A stretch of 62,411 nucleotides of DNA, the filler included, from Sphacelaria rigidula (Eukaryota), in NCBI GenBank assembly GCA_964200075.2. It is 6 parts of 6 records of this genome, joined end to end, with 100 filler letters (N's around TTAATTAATTAA, not from the genome) between each part and the next. Parts side by side here need not be neighbours in the genome. Positions count along the whole stretch, not along the records: positions 20,839 to 31,157 come from CAXNAA020006727.1; positions 31,258 to 41,575 come from CAXNAA020006728.1; 4 more parts are not named here. One strand, given 5' to 3'. Shown here piece after piece: positions 24,024-36,568 of this stretch. Below the pieces are notes generated by a model. It did no database searches and was not told the origin of the DNA. It saw nothing but the letters and a program-made list of their open reading frames with translations. How positions within the stretch are numbered: position 1 is the first letter of the stretch; each line of letters begins with the position of its first letter. The position numbers and the translations under genes are program-made.

Positions 24024-24535
24024 TTGCAACGGGGCAAGGGGGCCCGGAGATCACTGACGTGTCATGTCGGGACGGACCACAGCAAATCTTTTCTTCAGGA
24101 AGCGAACAGTTTAACCATTGAACTAGTGAGCGCTCAACGGTTCAATGGGTAAACTGTTCGCTTCCTGAACACTACACACCCTCTACAATGTGCCGCCTTC
24201 ATGTATCCTGAGGCGAAAGCAGAATTTCCACATGGTTAGTGTTGGAGTTAGGGTCAGGGGCGCGATTTCTGCAGGGACTGGCCCGAGTGGTCTTGAAAAA
24301 CGTCGGTCCCGGTTGTTTCGAAATCTGATTCGGTTCAAGAAGCACGCGGATTGCTCACGCCATACAGAAAGGGCCATTGCCACATGCATAACCTCGCGAT
24401 GTACTTCGCGTTTGTTCGTGCTACGCTGTTTTTTGTCTTTGCTGCTTAATCGCTCTTCTGAAACCAACGGAAATTTCGTGCTCATATATATGATGGTTTC
24501 TGTCACTGGCTATATCGCTTTGTCCCGTCTGGCAG

Positions 24536-27500
24536 GTGCGCTGTATATTGGGGGCGGCTCAGAATTGGTCATTGCCAGCGTCGACGCATTTTTTGCAAAC
24601 AACTCCGCAGAAGAAAACGGAGGTAACCGCAGCAAGGCGTAGGAGAGAATCGTTGCTAGTCCGCTCCCTTTGATATGGCGGCATGATGCCGTCGGGCGTG
24701 GTGAGTTGATTTTAACGTATAACCCGTATACGTTGTTGGCTTGTTTTCTACCAGGCAGTGCTTGAAGGAATCCCAAAGGAGCGGATCAAGGTAGGGAACA
24801 AACACCGCACCATACCATCACGCAAGGTGATGAACGACTCATCCTATGCAACCGGCAAACATTCTTGAACCAGTTGCACGCTATCGGCTACGATATTGTG
24901 CAGTAATATAAGCGGGCAGCGTTTGCGATTCTTGTCGACACTTTCGTTTACCTCGTTCAGACTTGACAATTTCCTGTCCCGTCCTGTTCGTGTCGCCCGC
25001 CCTTCGACGCAGGAGCTGTAGCAGTTGTAGAGGACTCTTCATTGGTTATCAGGGTGCCGACATCATTCGTGAGCAACACGGCACGGGAAAACGGAGGTGA
25101 AGGTTTAGAGTGGCTGCCGTGCGGCGGGTAGAGTCGATGGGCCTCATTGCCCAACAAGTACTCCAACTCGGTGCTGGAAATGTGGCTGTGGCTAGTGTAT
25201 ATTACACGGTGTTCAACCGTCAACTTTACAGAAACAATCGGTTCAACTCGTGAACCCATCGCTGACGAGAGAACTTGCAGTGGCTACATAGTGCTGGTTG
25301 AACACTTGCTTTGTACGATGAAAAGACAAAATGGTTTTCACTCGGCGCATCATTTGGCCGAACTCAATCGAACACAATCAGTCTTTACACTACAGAAAAC
25401 TGATGGCAAGCTAGTGGGTCTGCTTGAGGTGGGTGGCTTAGGAGAGTGGCAGCGTAGGGCTATGTTAATCTCTCGACGAACCTCCTGGATACAGTACTCT
25501 AAAACTGTTCATCCGAACTGTTGATGAATCTGATCATATGCTGACTTTCTGTATGCGAGCTATACTGTACATGAGCTAATTGTTTTCTACGACGAAGTTT
25601 CCACCTCTGCGGTTACTGCTACGATATTTGTTACCAGTGCTGAATTTTAACTTGATTAATCCTACACAGCCTTTTCTAACAGGGTATACCTCGCTATTAC
25701 TAGTTCGTGCGCAACCCGACAATATGCACGTTTTATGGCGTAGTGCTAATATTGTACTAGAAACATCCCAATCATTGTATCGACACCCACCTCCCGAAAT
25801 CAAGGTGAAGCCTAATTCAAATCTTCCTGCAGACAAACTCATGTTCTCTCTGCAACAAACCCCCATCTAAAGTTCAAGGACATCAATGATACGCCGTTTC
25901 TTACACAAAACTATGGGTGTCGAAACCGTGCGTTGGAATCGATTTCGCTCGTATCAGACACGTCCGCGGCATCATGTTCTCGGATGGCTTCAACTTCATT
26001 TTCTGATCATTTGCGGGCGACCGGTATTGCGAAGAAATAGAGCGGCTTAGGCTGTGTCTTCTCGAGACCAAAAAACGAAGCGGGAGAAGGAGAAAACGCC
26101 GAAAAGCAGCGTGTTGATTAGACTCCGCAACCATAGACATATCCGCTCGGCGATCAATCAACGTGCTGCTTTTGGACTCGTGTTCCCCGAAATTGGTCCT
26201 TCATGTAGGGCCCCAACATTTCGGTAATCTAAATCCAATTTGCAGGGCGTGTAGCACTTGTCAATAGCTACTAGTAGGAATGGAACGTTATTTCATTGGT
26301 GTGGATACGAAGATATAAATCCTCCGGGTTCTCGTCGTCAATGAAAAGCTCCACCTCCAATTTCGATGATAGGCTATTATCGGTCATTCCTTTTCTCAAA
26401 CGCCGGAAAACAAATCTAGACTTGTCGAACCCAGAACAAGTGACAGTTTGCTGAGGAGGCCCTCGGGGTATCGATCCGTTTGCACAAATGCCGAACACAC
26501 GGCCGCTTACGTGATATAACATCTACTGAGGAAGCCCTTGGAATATCGGCCATTCGTTTTCGCAAATTTTGAGATGAGAAGAAGATACGAATTGTCTCGG
26601 GTCCAACAGGGATACACGGCGGTAGGAATGTGCGGGAGGTGTTTTGGTGACCCGTGTGACAGATCAACCCTTGTTTGCAAAGGTAAGGTCCGGAGCCGTG
26701 CAGTGCTCCCGAAATCTACCGTTTTCAGATGTAATGCAGAATGACTCAATGGAGAGTTTTGGCGAACCAGTAGGGCACCAAGAGTTGAGCCGAATGTCCT
26801 TATCCGAGGTCGTTAACGGCACCCCGCCCCCACCTTAATACCGAGAAAGCCACGTGTCTTTAACTTATTCGGATTTGTCAGTGCTCGAGCTTGCCACGCA
26901 CTCCCTTCGCCGAGTCAACACTGCTCAAGCACGTTCGCACTATGCTTTGCCGACCACACACTTTCGAATGGGATGCTTTCTCTCGTTGCAGTTCATCGAG
27001 ATGCGTAAAATTGTCTGGCGAAGACTGAACCACCCCGAGGGTACCCCGCCCTCTTATCGCCCCCACTTGGCCGTTCTGTCTTGTAAACTGCCCGTTTGTT
27101 TCGCAAGGTGCCATCGCCGTGTACGGTTCTACAATTCTAGTAGAGACAGGGATGATTCTCAGTGGTAACAGAGCTGTCGGCGGAGCAGGGGGTGGAGTAT
27201 ACTGCTCTGGTTCGGTGGCCTCTTTCCATGGATCCGTTTTCACAGCCAACGAGGCAGTCTGGGGTGGAGGTCGGTGCCAGATTTTCGTCGGGCCGAGCTT
27301 TGGGCTCATTACTTGTCTCTTCGATCGCAGCGATAGTCTCTGCTGTAAACTTGGTATAAATAGCATTCTTGAAAATATTGTCCATCGCATGTCTAGAGCT
27401 GCAGTGCCGCAACCGCCATGTGTTTGAGCAAATGCCGAGCGGAAGGGGGCGCACCATGCTGAAAAGATGGAAATGCAGTCCATCAGCGGTAATACGGGAA

Positions 27501-28372
27501 TTCTACAATCTAAAGCAGGGGAGCTGGATCCCGAAGTTCGTTGGAGACCGTCACACACACGCCATTCGCAACTCGCCCTGCGGGAAGTAAACTGGTTCAT
27601 CCTTTCGAATTTTGACACATGCCCGTGAATCGTAAAAGCGTACACCTTTACTTACGCTTGCCCCCCTCGTTGCCCTGTCTGGGTGGATCAATGACATCTG
27701 AGGTCAGGTTTGGCTCTTTTTTCGTCTGGTTCTGTGTGGAATAAGCTTTCACCGAACACCTCCGGGCCTACGAACACGACCATGTGTATTTTTGAACGAA
27801 ACATGGCTGTCGACGGGGGTGCCATGTACAGCGCTGCAGGATACGACATCATCAGCGATTGCCGGTTTTGTGAAAATGTGGCAGGTATGAACCTGAACGA
27901 AGTGCCGAATAATTCGAAAGACAAGAAGGCTCTTGCAGAGTACAGTCCCCTCTAGTACTACCTCGATTCGAAGCCCTTTTTAAACGCACACCGTGGTAGT
28001 CGATTTATAGGGTGCTGAACAAAGGTCGGAACGGCTTTACTGCGAAGACAACAACAATACATTTCCAACCAAGAGTCAATCCCCTCACAACTGCTGTCTT
28101 CCACCCCACGACCCGTGATTGATGTTGCCTCTCTTCGTCTTTTTCTTCAAATCGTTTGTTTCATGGTAGTGGGGTCGGGCGGGGCGTACTTGCATTCCGG
28201 CGTTCTGGTTGGACTTGCCCGCTCTACATTCGTCGGAAATAGGGCCGGTGGTGGTCTGGCCGTTTCGAGTCTCGGAATGATGGAAAGTATTGTCAACACT
28301 TCCTTCGAGTCGAACGCCTGCTACTGCCCTTCTGGAAAGTACGGCTACGACGTGGGTGAATTTGAAGACAAG
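24536..28372 (+). CDS. Internal exons of a polymorphic-outer-membrane-protein-like (GGAIY/FxxNxA repeat, pectin-lyase-like fold) surface protein
   Basis: Exons joined by phase-1 introns: 24536-24622 (GALYIGGGS...FFANNSAEENG), 25013-25096 (GAVAV...FVSNTARENG), 27108-27269 (GAIAV...GNRAVGGAGGGVY...FTANEAVWGG), 27708-27884 (FERNMAVDGGAMY...FCENVA), 28170-28372 (GGAY...FVGNRA...FESNACYCPSGKYG). All junctions are GT-AG. Confidence 0.85.
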
Positions 28373-28580
28373 GTGACGAAACTGCAGCATTGACGACTCG
28401 CTCGCCAGTGAGCGAACGCGCTCACCTTTTAGTTGAAAGAAGTACAAAGAGTGTAGTCTTCGTGTCGATTCAACGTAAGACTACGTCACTGCCACTGATC
28501 TCTGCGCAGTTGGTTCACCCGAATATTGTAATCAGACGCCTCGTGCATAGGTCGGCATTGTCGGGGAATGTAAACAATCT

Positions 28581-29887
28581 TGTAATGCATGTTAGGACAG
28601 CGTGCTTAGTGGACCGCATCGGGGTGTGAACACCCCTAGGGTCAGGGCTAGTGATAGGGTTAAGGTCACGGGCGCGGTACCTGCAGAGGCTGGTGGCCTA
28701 AGCAGTCTTGAAAAACGTCGATCTGGGGTGTTCAAGTTCCGATGCGGTCCCAAAACACTTCGTCCACCCACGCATGACACAGGGACCGGGCCTCGAGCAA
28801 TCCTGGGCCGCGCATTTATCGAGACAAGGTAGCGAAACCACGCGAGTTGAATAGAGCGACACGAAGACGACGCAGTATGTCTCGAATGAGAAAGCGAGGA
28901 TTTCGAAACCATATTATTCGGGCACCCGTACCTCGCGTGGGATTCACGCTCGCATGTAAATTGTGGGAAAAAAGAGCTGGCACCAGCGTATTTCAGGAAG
29001 GAGTCGGCGCCTACCACGTCATGGCTGCAGTGAGGAGCTGATGATCGGTACTCGAAGACAATACATGCCGAGATAACCCATCTTCTCGGTGCTGACAAGT
29101 ACCAGATGCCGAAAGAACCCTTCTGCTCGGCACTTACAGGTACCAGATGCCAAGAGGACCCATCTGCGCGGTACCTGCAGGGAGTGAAAATTTCGATTGC
29201 ATGCCGTTCAGTTTGTTATTCAAGGTAATTTTGCGGTAGACACACAAGAAGTCAAAATCACATCACTGCCATACCATCTCCGCGGAGGAGAAAATAAAGG
29301 TTCGTGGTCTTGACTTGTGTGTTTACCTCGAAGCTGTCTTGGATGACAAAGTGGATCCGATGCCAACCACATTTTCGTACCTACAGGTTTCCGAGTAGAT
29401 GGGTCCTCTTGACATCTGGTGCCTGCGAGTACCGAACAGGAGGGTCTTTTTGGCATTTCATACTTGTATGTATTGAGCAGATGAACTGTATCAAGACCCG
29501 GTGCCTTCGACGCCCGAGCATCACTTCGTCGATGCGGTTATAATGACGTGGGAGGCGCTGACACCTTCCTGAAGTACACTGGTGCCAGCTCTTTCCCACC
29601 ACTTATCACATGCGAGAGTGTGGTCCCACGCAAGTTGAGGTTTCCTGAATTTCATAGCTTTGAAATCCTCGCTCTTCTCCATTTCGAGGCACACTGCGTT
29701 GTCGCCGTGTCGCTCCAGTCATCTGGCCTGGCTTCGCTACTCCTGGATCGAAATATGCACCGCCCAGGTTTTCTCGAGGTGTGGTCCCTGCATTCACGAG
29801 GTCCGTGCAGTCGTTCCGACACGTCGGTTCTGGGGTGTTTCAATTCCGATGCGGTCTACGAAGCACGCGGTCCTAACGCGCAATACA
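28581..29887. mobile_element. ~1.3-kb foldback element with long imperfect inverted arms
   Basis: Ends TGTAATGCATGTTAGGACAGCGTGCTT / AAGCACGCGGTCCTAACGCGCAATACA; inner inverted matches AAAGAGCTGGCACCAGCGTATTTCAGGAAGG (~28971) / CCTTCCTGAAGTACACTGGTGCCAGCTCTTT (~29564) and CCAGATGCCAAGAGGACCCATCT (~29143) / AGATGGGTCCTCTTGACATCTGG (~29397). Confidence 0.8.
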
Positions 29888-31157
29888 GCTTGGCCAGGCC
29901 AGTTGGTGAAAAACATCATCATAATTTTTCGACATGTGTGATCGATTGTTTGTCGCACTTTAACTGAAGCAGTCTATGCTTCCCTTCTTTTGAAATGTGG
30001 GAGTGGGTACAGGAGTGTTGGTACAGGAGTGTTTCGTGAGAACGCTTTTCAGTTCGGGACGAGAGCGTTCCCTTGGGTATGCTTCATTTGCCGCTCATGA
30101 CTTTACGAGTAAAGAAAGACCTTAGTTTTGGCTGCTTTGAGGGAAAATCTTTGCAGCTGTAATGAAGGTTTGTCTGGGTGGGTTAGTGTCATGAAGACGC
30201 ATATCAGCTTGTTGTCATGCCGCTTCAGACCCGTTATCGAGTCTGGCTATTTGCTTTCTGGTATCCCGGTATCCTAGACTGCAGGTCTGTTCAGAGGGGG
30301 TCAGTTACGAGTGTGAACTTGTATATTGCAGAGATGATGTCGGCTTTGTTCGTCCAAGCACGAGCAAAGCTTCCACCCTCTGACATTACCATTTTTCACC
30401 CTACTCCAGCGAAAGAAGTCCAAGTATCGGTGAGACTGATTGACTGAGCGTGAGGTTGGGTTGATTGATTGGATACGGGAAGGTAGAGACAAGATGATGA
30501 AGAAGGAGAAGAGAACTGCGCGTGAGATTGTATTATGACACGCTGTGTGGGCAGCTGTGCCAGACTGACCTGTCTATTGTCCACTTGCCTTGTAAGCCTG
30601 TGCTTGGACAGCACCGCAACCTCATTACAGGGATCCAGCCGTAGTCGCATGAGAGGCGTGCCCAAGACACAATAGAACTGAAACGCTCGCTGAAGAAAAA
30701 CACGTTGTATAACATTTAAATATGATTTCGAACTTCAAAAAAATCATACAACTACTCATAATAGAAAATGACCGGATGAAAGTAGAACACATGCATAAGC
30801 CTTGACACGCGCAATTTATAGCATGCGTCAATCCGCAATACGTCATTCCGGGATATCGCACTTCCCCGGCTTCAATTGCATACCATTCCCCCGCAATCTT
30901 CGAGATGGTATCATCCAATCTACCATCACTATGCAATCATTCAATCTAATAGTATCCTATACCTTTTGTATATATAGCTGTATCCAGGATACGCGTATTC
31001 CGGTTGTAGAATCAGATGCCTTAGTGCGGGCATATTCAATCAGATTCGTAACGTACGGTTTTCGGGGCATTTTGCTTGCTGTTAGCACATGTGTTGAGTC
31101 ATCTTACGATAGGGGGGGGGGGGGGTTTTGGGCCATTTGTTCCTTGAAATTTCAGGT

Positions 31158-31257
31158 NNNNNNNNNNNNNNNNNNNNNNNNNNNNNNNNNNNNNNNNNNN
31201 NTTAATTAATTAANNNNNNNNNNNNNNNNNNNNNNNNNNNNNNNNNNNNNNNNNNNN
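31158..31257. other. Artificial 100-bp linker
   Basis: N44-TTAATTAATTAA-N44. Confidence 0.97.
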
Positions 31258-31533
31258 TGTGTTCGGCGAGTCGCATGAAGGGTGAGCTGTATCCTGCTAA
31301 GATTGTTCGGCCCGAAGTGTACTGATTATCTAGCATTCGGATAGCAGCCTCCAATGAGTTGCTTTGTTTTCTGGTGTCGCCACTTCCTGAGACAGCAACA
31401 GCTTACTCAAAGTTGTAATACAGAGTAAGGTCAGCTCTCTCCCATCGCTCTCGTGTCCCCTCTCTCACCTCCCAGACCCCCTCCTCCCCCGCCCGTGAAA
31501 AAACACTAAACCTTTGTGCGCCACTGAGTACAG

Positions 31534-34500
31534 GTAACAGGGGAGATTCGATGGCGGCGACCGCAGGATTTCTTGGAGTTGCTTCCGCACCCGGCGTGCG
31601 GAGATTGCGGCGCGTTCGAAGCCTTTTGCGAGTGCTCCGACTGTGGAGAATTCTACTGTAGCGCTTGTTACCGCAAGGTATGGAAAGAGGAAAAAGTGAA
31701 TATATATACATATGTTTAAAAGATCACGCAGCATGTTGATTGATCGCCGGGCGGGTCTACGGTTGCGGCGACTGATTAACATTATGATGATGCTTCTGGA
31801 GACTTGTTCCTACTCTCGCTCCTTTGGTTGGCCTCGTTGGCCTCCATAAGACACAGCCGAACTCTCAACAACATACACATACTGTACATCACACCAAACA
31901 CACAGCATAGACCTCTTTAGTGTACAACAACATCAACCCTTGTTTAGTTCTCAATTTTTAGGCGGTGAAATACAGGGAACACCGTCGTGCCCTTAAAGGC
32001 GTGATGACGTCACAAATATCAAACACAAGAATCGGGATACATGCCCGTTTAAGTAGACGCAAAAAGTGCAGTTTACGCACAACAGCCTTTCACTTATAGG
32101 CAAAAGTCTTCGGTACATGGCCACCGAAGATATGTGTTTATTGTGCAGAGTGAGTGTGTGTCTGTTTCAAGGGCATTTGACAACGCGGTGCCACCTGAAG
32201 ACGAGGCATTCTGTGCTGTAGTGGACCTTGATAGTGGTACTAGACAGTACACGCACATAGATACGCACCGTATGTACGATAGTATTCGGGTATGACCTGA
32301 CATCTTTGGGAAGTACGAATAAAATGTCAAGTATTATTTTCGACCAAGGCCCCACGGGGGCGTGCGTCATGGCTGACCCAAACAGCATTCTCATAAACGA
32401 ACACGTATATCCAATTTTCGTGTTCAGAGACGTGCTTGCTGTTTCATGCACCGTATCAAAGCCGATGATACGTAGTATACGTGTCTCGCACTCTCCGAAC
32501 GAGTGAAGAGGACGTATAAAATGTATGCATACGTGTACGCTGTTCACTTTTCGGATAAACCCTCCGGCATTCAATATCGATCACCATTGCAGACCGAAGG
32601 ACAGGACTGACCGTAGAAGAGCAGGCGTTCGTGGGGTGTGCACATAGCGGAATGTACCGAACCTGCCTGATGTAAAACTCTAAACCCGGAGATCATCTTT
32701 CTAATCTCCGGGAACATCGCCGAAGAAGATGACTGCTTGCTTGTGGATACAGATACCCCACACTAGAATCGCGATAGGGCTATATACTTTACGCAGTACA
32801 TTTTTCGTTGTCTATTGCAGATATTGGCCCGAAGATGTCCAGGGTATGGAAATACGTAATTTTAATCTTACAATTTAGGGATGGGTTTCTTCTTGAGGGC
32901 AAACCTTGGGAACCTTCTTCATAAGCATCGACATATTCTCGAAAAAAATGAAAATGCGGTATCCTGTGGTGATATGTGGCCTCGCTCACAATACAAGGAA
33001 AAAAAACATCTGCGATTTTGAAAAAATCCCGTGATAACAGAGGATTGTGACAAAAAAAGAGCAGTCGTTTTGTTCGGAGATGAACGGAGGTGAAAATTAT
33101 ACGGATTAAACACGGGATTAAACACGGGATTATACGAAGCGCTGACACGTTATTTCGAGGATGAGAGAGAACACACATCACGGACGGGGAGTGCATTTCT
33201 TTGCGCTTTTATTTCGAGAATATTCTGATGCTTGTGAGGGTTGTCGAGGATCATTCTTACAAGACCCAGTTCATCTTCAATTTTTAAAACCCCGTGTCGA
33301 CTACCTGTCGATTTGATTGCCCTGCTGTGGAATTGGGTAGCAGGAAAACACATTTATGTTTTGTCGTTCAAAATTGAATGCAATCGTCTAACAGCGGTAC
33401 AGGTACTGCGGTAGGCGCGTGTCCCGACAAAAATAATACTGGAAATATAAGAGAAGCCGTAAGGCGCCGGGAAAAACAGTTATTAGTACAGGGCTCTCGT
33501 TACACGAAGAAATGATCTGGTATGACTTCATGACTACCGATTATCTACGTAGCTGCTGTGGAGGAAAGCCTCAAGGGTTGCTCGTTTGAGCCGACGCTTA
33601 TTGGAGATGAAGGAAACGTTTATCCAATCAGCGGTTTGGAAAAGTCAAGCTTCTAGGCTGCACACGGTATTGTAATTCCCTAGATCGGATACGCGCATGT
33701 TATGGTTGTTGCCTGCCAATAGCCTGACATACCTGTCTCGCCATAATTTTGGCATGTAAGCGCGGAAGATAAAACCGACGGCATGCTCGAGACATATCGC
33801 CATTTGTCAAAAAGTGTTATGAACACGAAAAATACCACCCCGTTTCTGTCTGAGATTACAGAACTAGACTTGATGGCAAAATACATGTTTCACTCACACA
33901 TGCGACCAAGACACATGTTCGACACTTTATGCTCTTTCAAGGGCGGGAAGTACACTCCGGAGTATCATGTTCCAGCCAATGCATGTGCACATGCACCGGT
34001 GAACCTAGGGCCGAAGCTCATGAGAGTAGCGCGGCGCGTGATGACTGCACCAGGTTTATAAGGGGGTTTAGGGGGCTCAGTCCCCACACCACCTTCAGCG
34101 AAGCTTGCCGAACCCTCGAGGTGTCTACCCCATATGACCACCACACGGTGGTTGAGCCGAGCCTCCCGGTGATTGGTACAAGAACCCGCTAGGGGGGTAA
34201 TTGTCGGGTGCGGTTTCGTCTTTCCTTCAAGGGCAAAACAAAAATGGAGGGATTAAGAATACACCAACAATGGGTTTATCATACCTTAATGTAATTTCGT
34301 GTTGACAAGAATTCCCGTTGAAGATACATATAGAGCAGTGAACCAGGGCGGGAGATACACACACAGTGAGGGAGAGACAGGCAAGATGGACAGACGGACA
34401 GACAGAGAGAGAGAAAGACAAAGAGCCAGAGACGCAGAGACAGACAGAGAGGACCGTGCCTATGCATTGATGGTATTACTTCATTGGTCGTCTCATGAAG

Positions 34501-36534
34501 AACTGATTCGCAAAGAATCCCTCCGTCGTCTCAAGATGGACACACGTAAATTATGAAAACAATAAACCCTTGTGTATCCAGTACAACACTGTTCGCGTTT
34601 CCAGTACTCGTGTACGATTCCCGAGTTTTCGCCCTGTCGTCTAGGATACACGGCACAATCACACAAACACACACATGAAGTGGTTCCACCGCTGCTTGGG
34701 GGTAATCTATATTAAGTTTAAAAAAAAACAGACACGGTTTAGTTTTTGTCTGGTGATGAACATTTTCGCCAAAGAACGTGCTTCCGATGTGCATATAGCT
34801 ACCGACCACTTTCGTGTCAGACGCAAGTTTTCAAGCGCCTTTGCGATGAATAGGATGCAATGAATCTTGATCCACACCCTCCCTCGCCAGTATGCTTACC
34901 AAGAGGGGGTCCTCACAGGTCGCACTTTCCCCTCCCCATTCTTCAGGCATGACAAATTTTCTATTCCATTAAATCCCGCCCAGGTCCACGGTGGAGGCAA
35001 GCGCCTCCGTCACGAGTTCCGCGCTCTTTACGACTACTACGGCAAGAGGGTTGACTACGGCGAAGGAGAGTTTCCGTCCAAATGGCCCACGGACATGGCA
35101 CAGGTGACCGCTCTAGTCGTTGAGAGCGCGCTTCTCCTACCTATGCCTAGAACGCCCCCCACTCAACGAAAGGGTGTGTACATGTATGCACAGGACGTCA
35201 CTGCTTGCCACATTCCCGCTTCGTTTGGGTTCAGCCATTGTTTGGACATCGGAGAGCTACTTACTTACTAGACCCCGTGCTTATATACTCGGGGCAGGCA
35301 CTTACCAAAAAATAGCGCGAGGACGTTTCATCCCCCCCCCCCCGACGAGCCCGCGGAAAATTCGCCGTCATCGCGAGAGTCTTGGCCGTGGTATTTGTTC
35401 TCCAAGACACACGAACGTACCGGCGCGGCTCGGAATAAAAAATGTTGCGTCTCAGCACACAGTGCACTTTGCGATGGCGCCGCGATCACTTCCATTGATA
35501 TGTGATGCTACGGTAGGGGTGCACAAATATTTTCTGAGGTTAGAAATGTCAGGAGTCCTTTATCTCATCCAAAACACGACTTATGAAATATGTGAGAGCA
35601 AGCCAGGATTACTATTTCAATGTGCTGGGGATATCTCAAATGCATTCGCAAACGGTGATGCCCTGACCCATATTCTTGTGCATCTAGAATAGTCAGAAGT
35701 CACTGAGTCAGACAACAATTTGCGCAAAAAGTGCATCCCTACCGTAGCATTGCTCTATCTCCGGGCAATGACAAATGGTTGTAGGAGTCGTACAGCATCG
35801 CCGTTTTCGCTCGCACGCATTTTGATCCGTCCCCAACCGGCGCCATTCGGAAGCTTTTTGTTCTCCCCTTGCAATGCGGTTTCGGAACTATATATGCATA
35901 TATATATATATGGTGTCGACTTTTGTTTTGTAATCTCTCTTCATTGTTTTTCGGTGGCTGAATGGCGGCTGCAAAGGACGATGAAAGCGGTTGGCAGCTG
36001 CGCGTGTACCCCGAGCGGGAGGCGGCGGAACAGCGCGGAGAATGGGCCAGATACGCAGACGTTGAAAGCGTCGACGGGTACGACCTCTTCTACAATGAAC
36101 AAACAGGCGAGGGGCACGAATTGTGAATGGCTCTACAAACAGTAGCCCCAGGAAACGAATTTACGTGGTACGGTCGGACGGAGACAAGGATAGGAGCAAA
36201 AAAGCAGTGTATGTCCGGAAGAAGGAGCCGGCATTGACCACAGTTCTCTTGGCTGCGAAAGCGGACCATGAGTCGCCTCAAGATAGAGGAATCCATTTTC
36301 CTTTCTTGTTCCGGGAAAAACTGACGCAGGGACGACGCTCTGTCATCCCTGGCAAAGCTTGAGCCCTCGAGCCTTCCTGACAATGTAGCGGCGGGCGCGC
36401 GGATGGTGTACCAATGTGGGCAGGTTGCGAGAGGGTAGATGTCGGTACTTCTGGAGAAGAAGAAAACACGTCTGTTTTTTATTTACAGGGAGGTGCAACC
36501 GTGTGGGTGCTCTGACCTAATTGTTACGCGGAAA

Positions 36535-36568
<34 letters not shown>

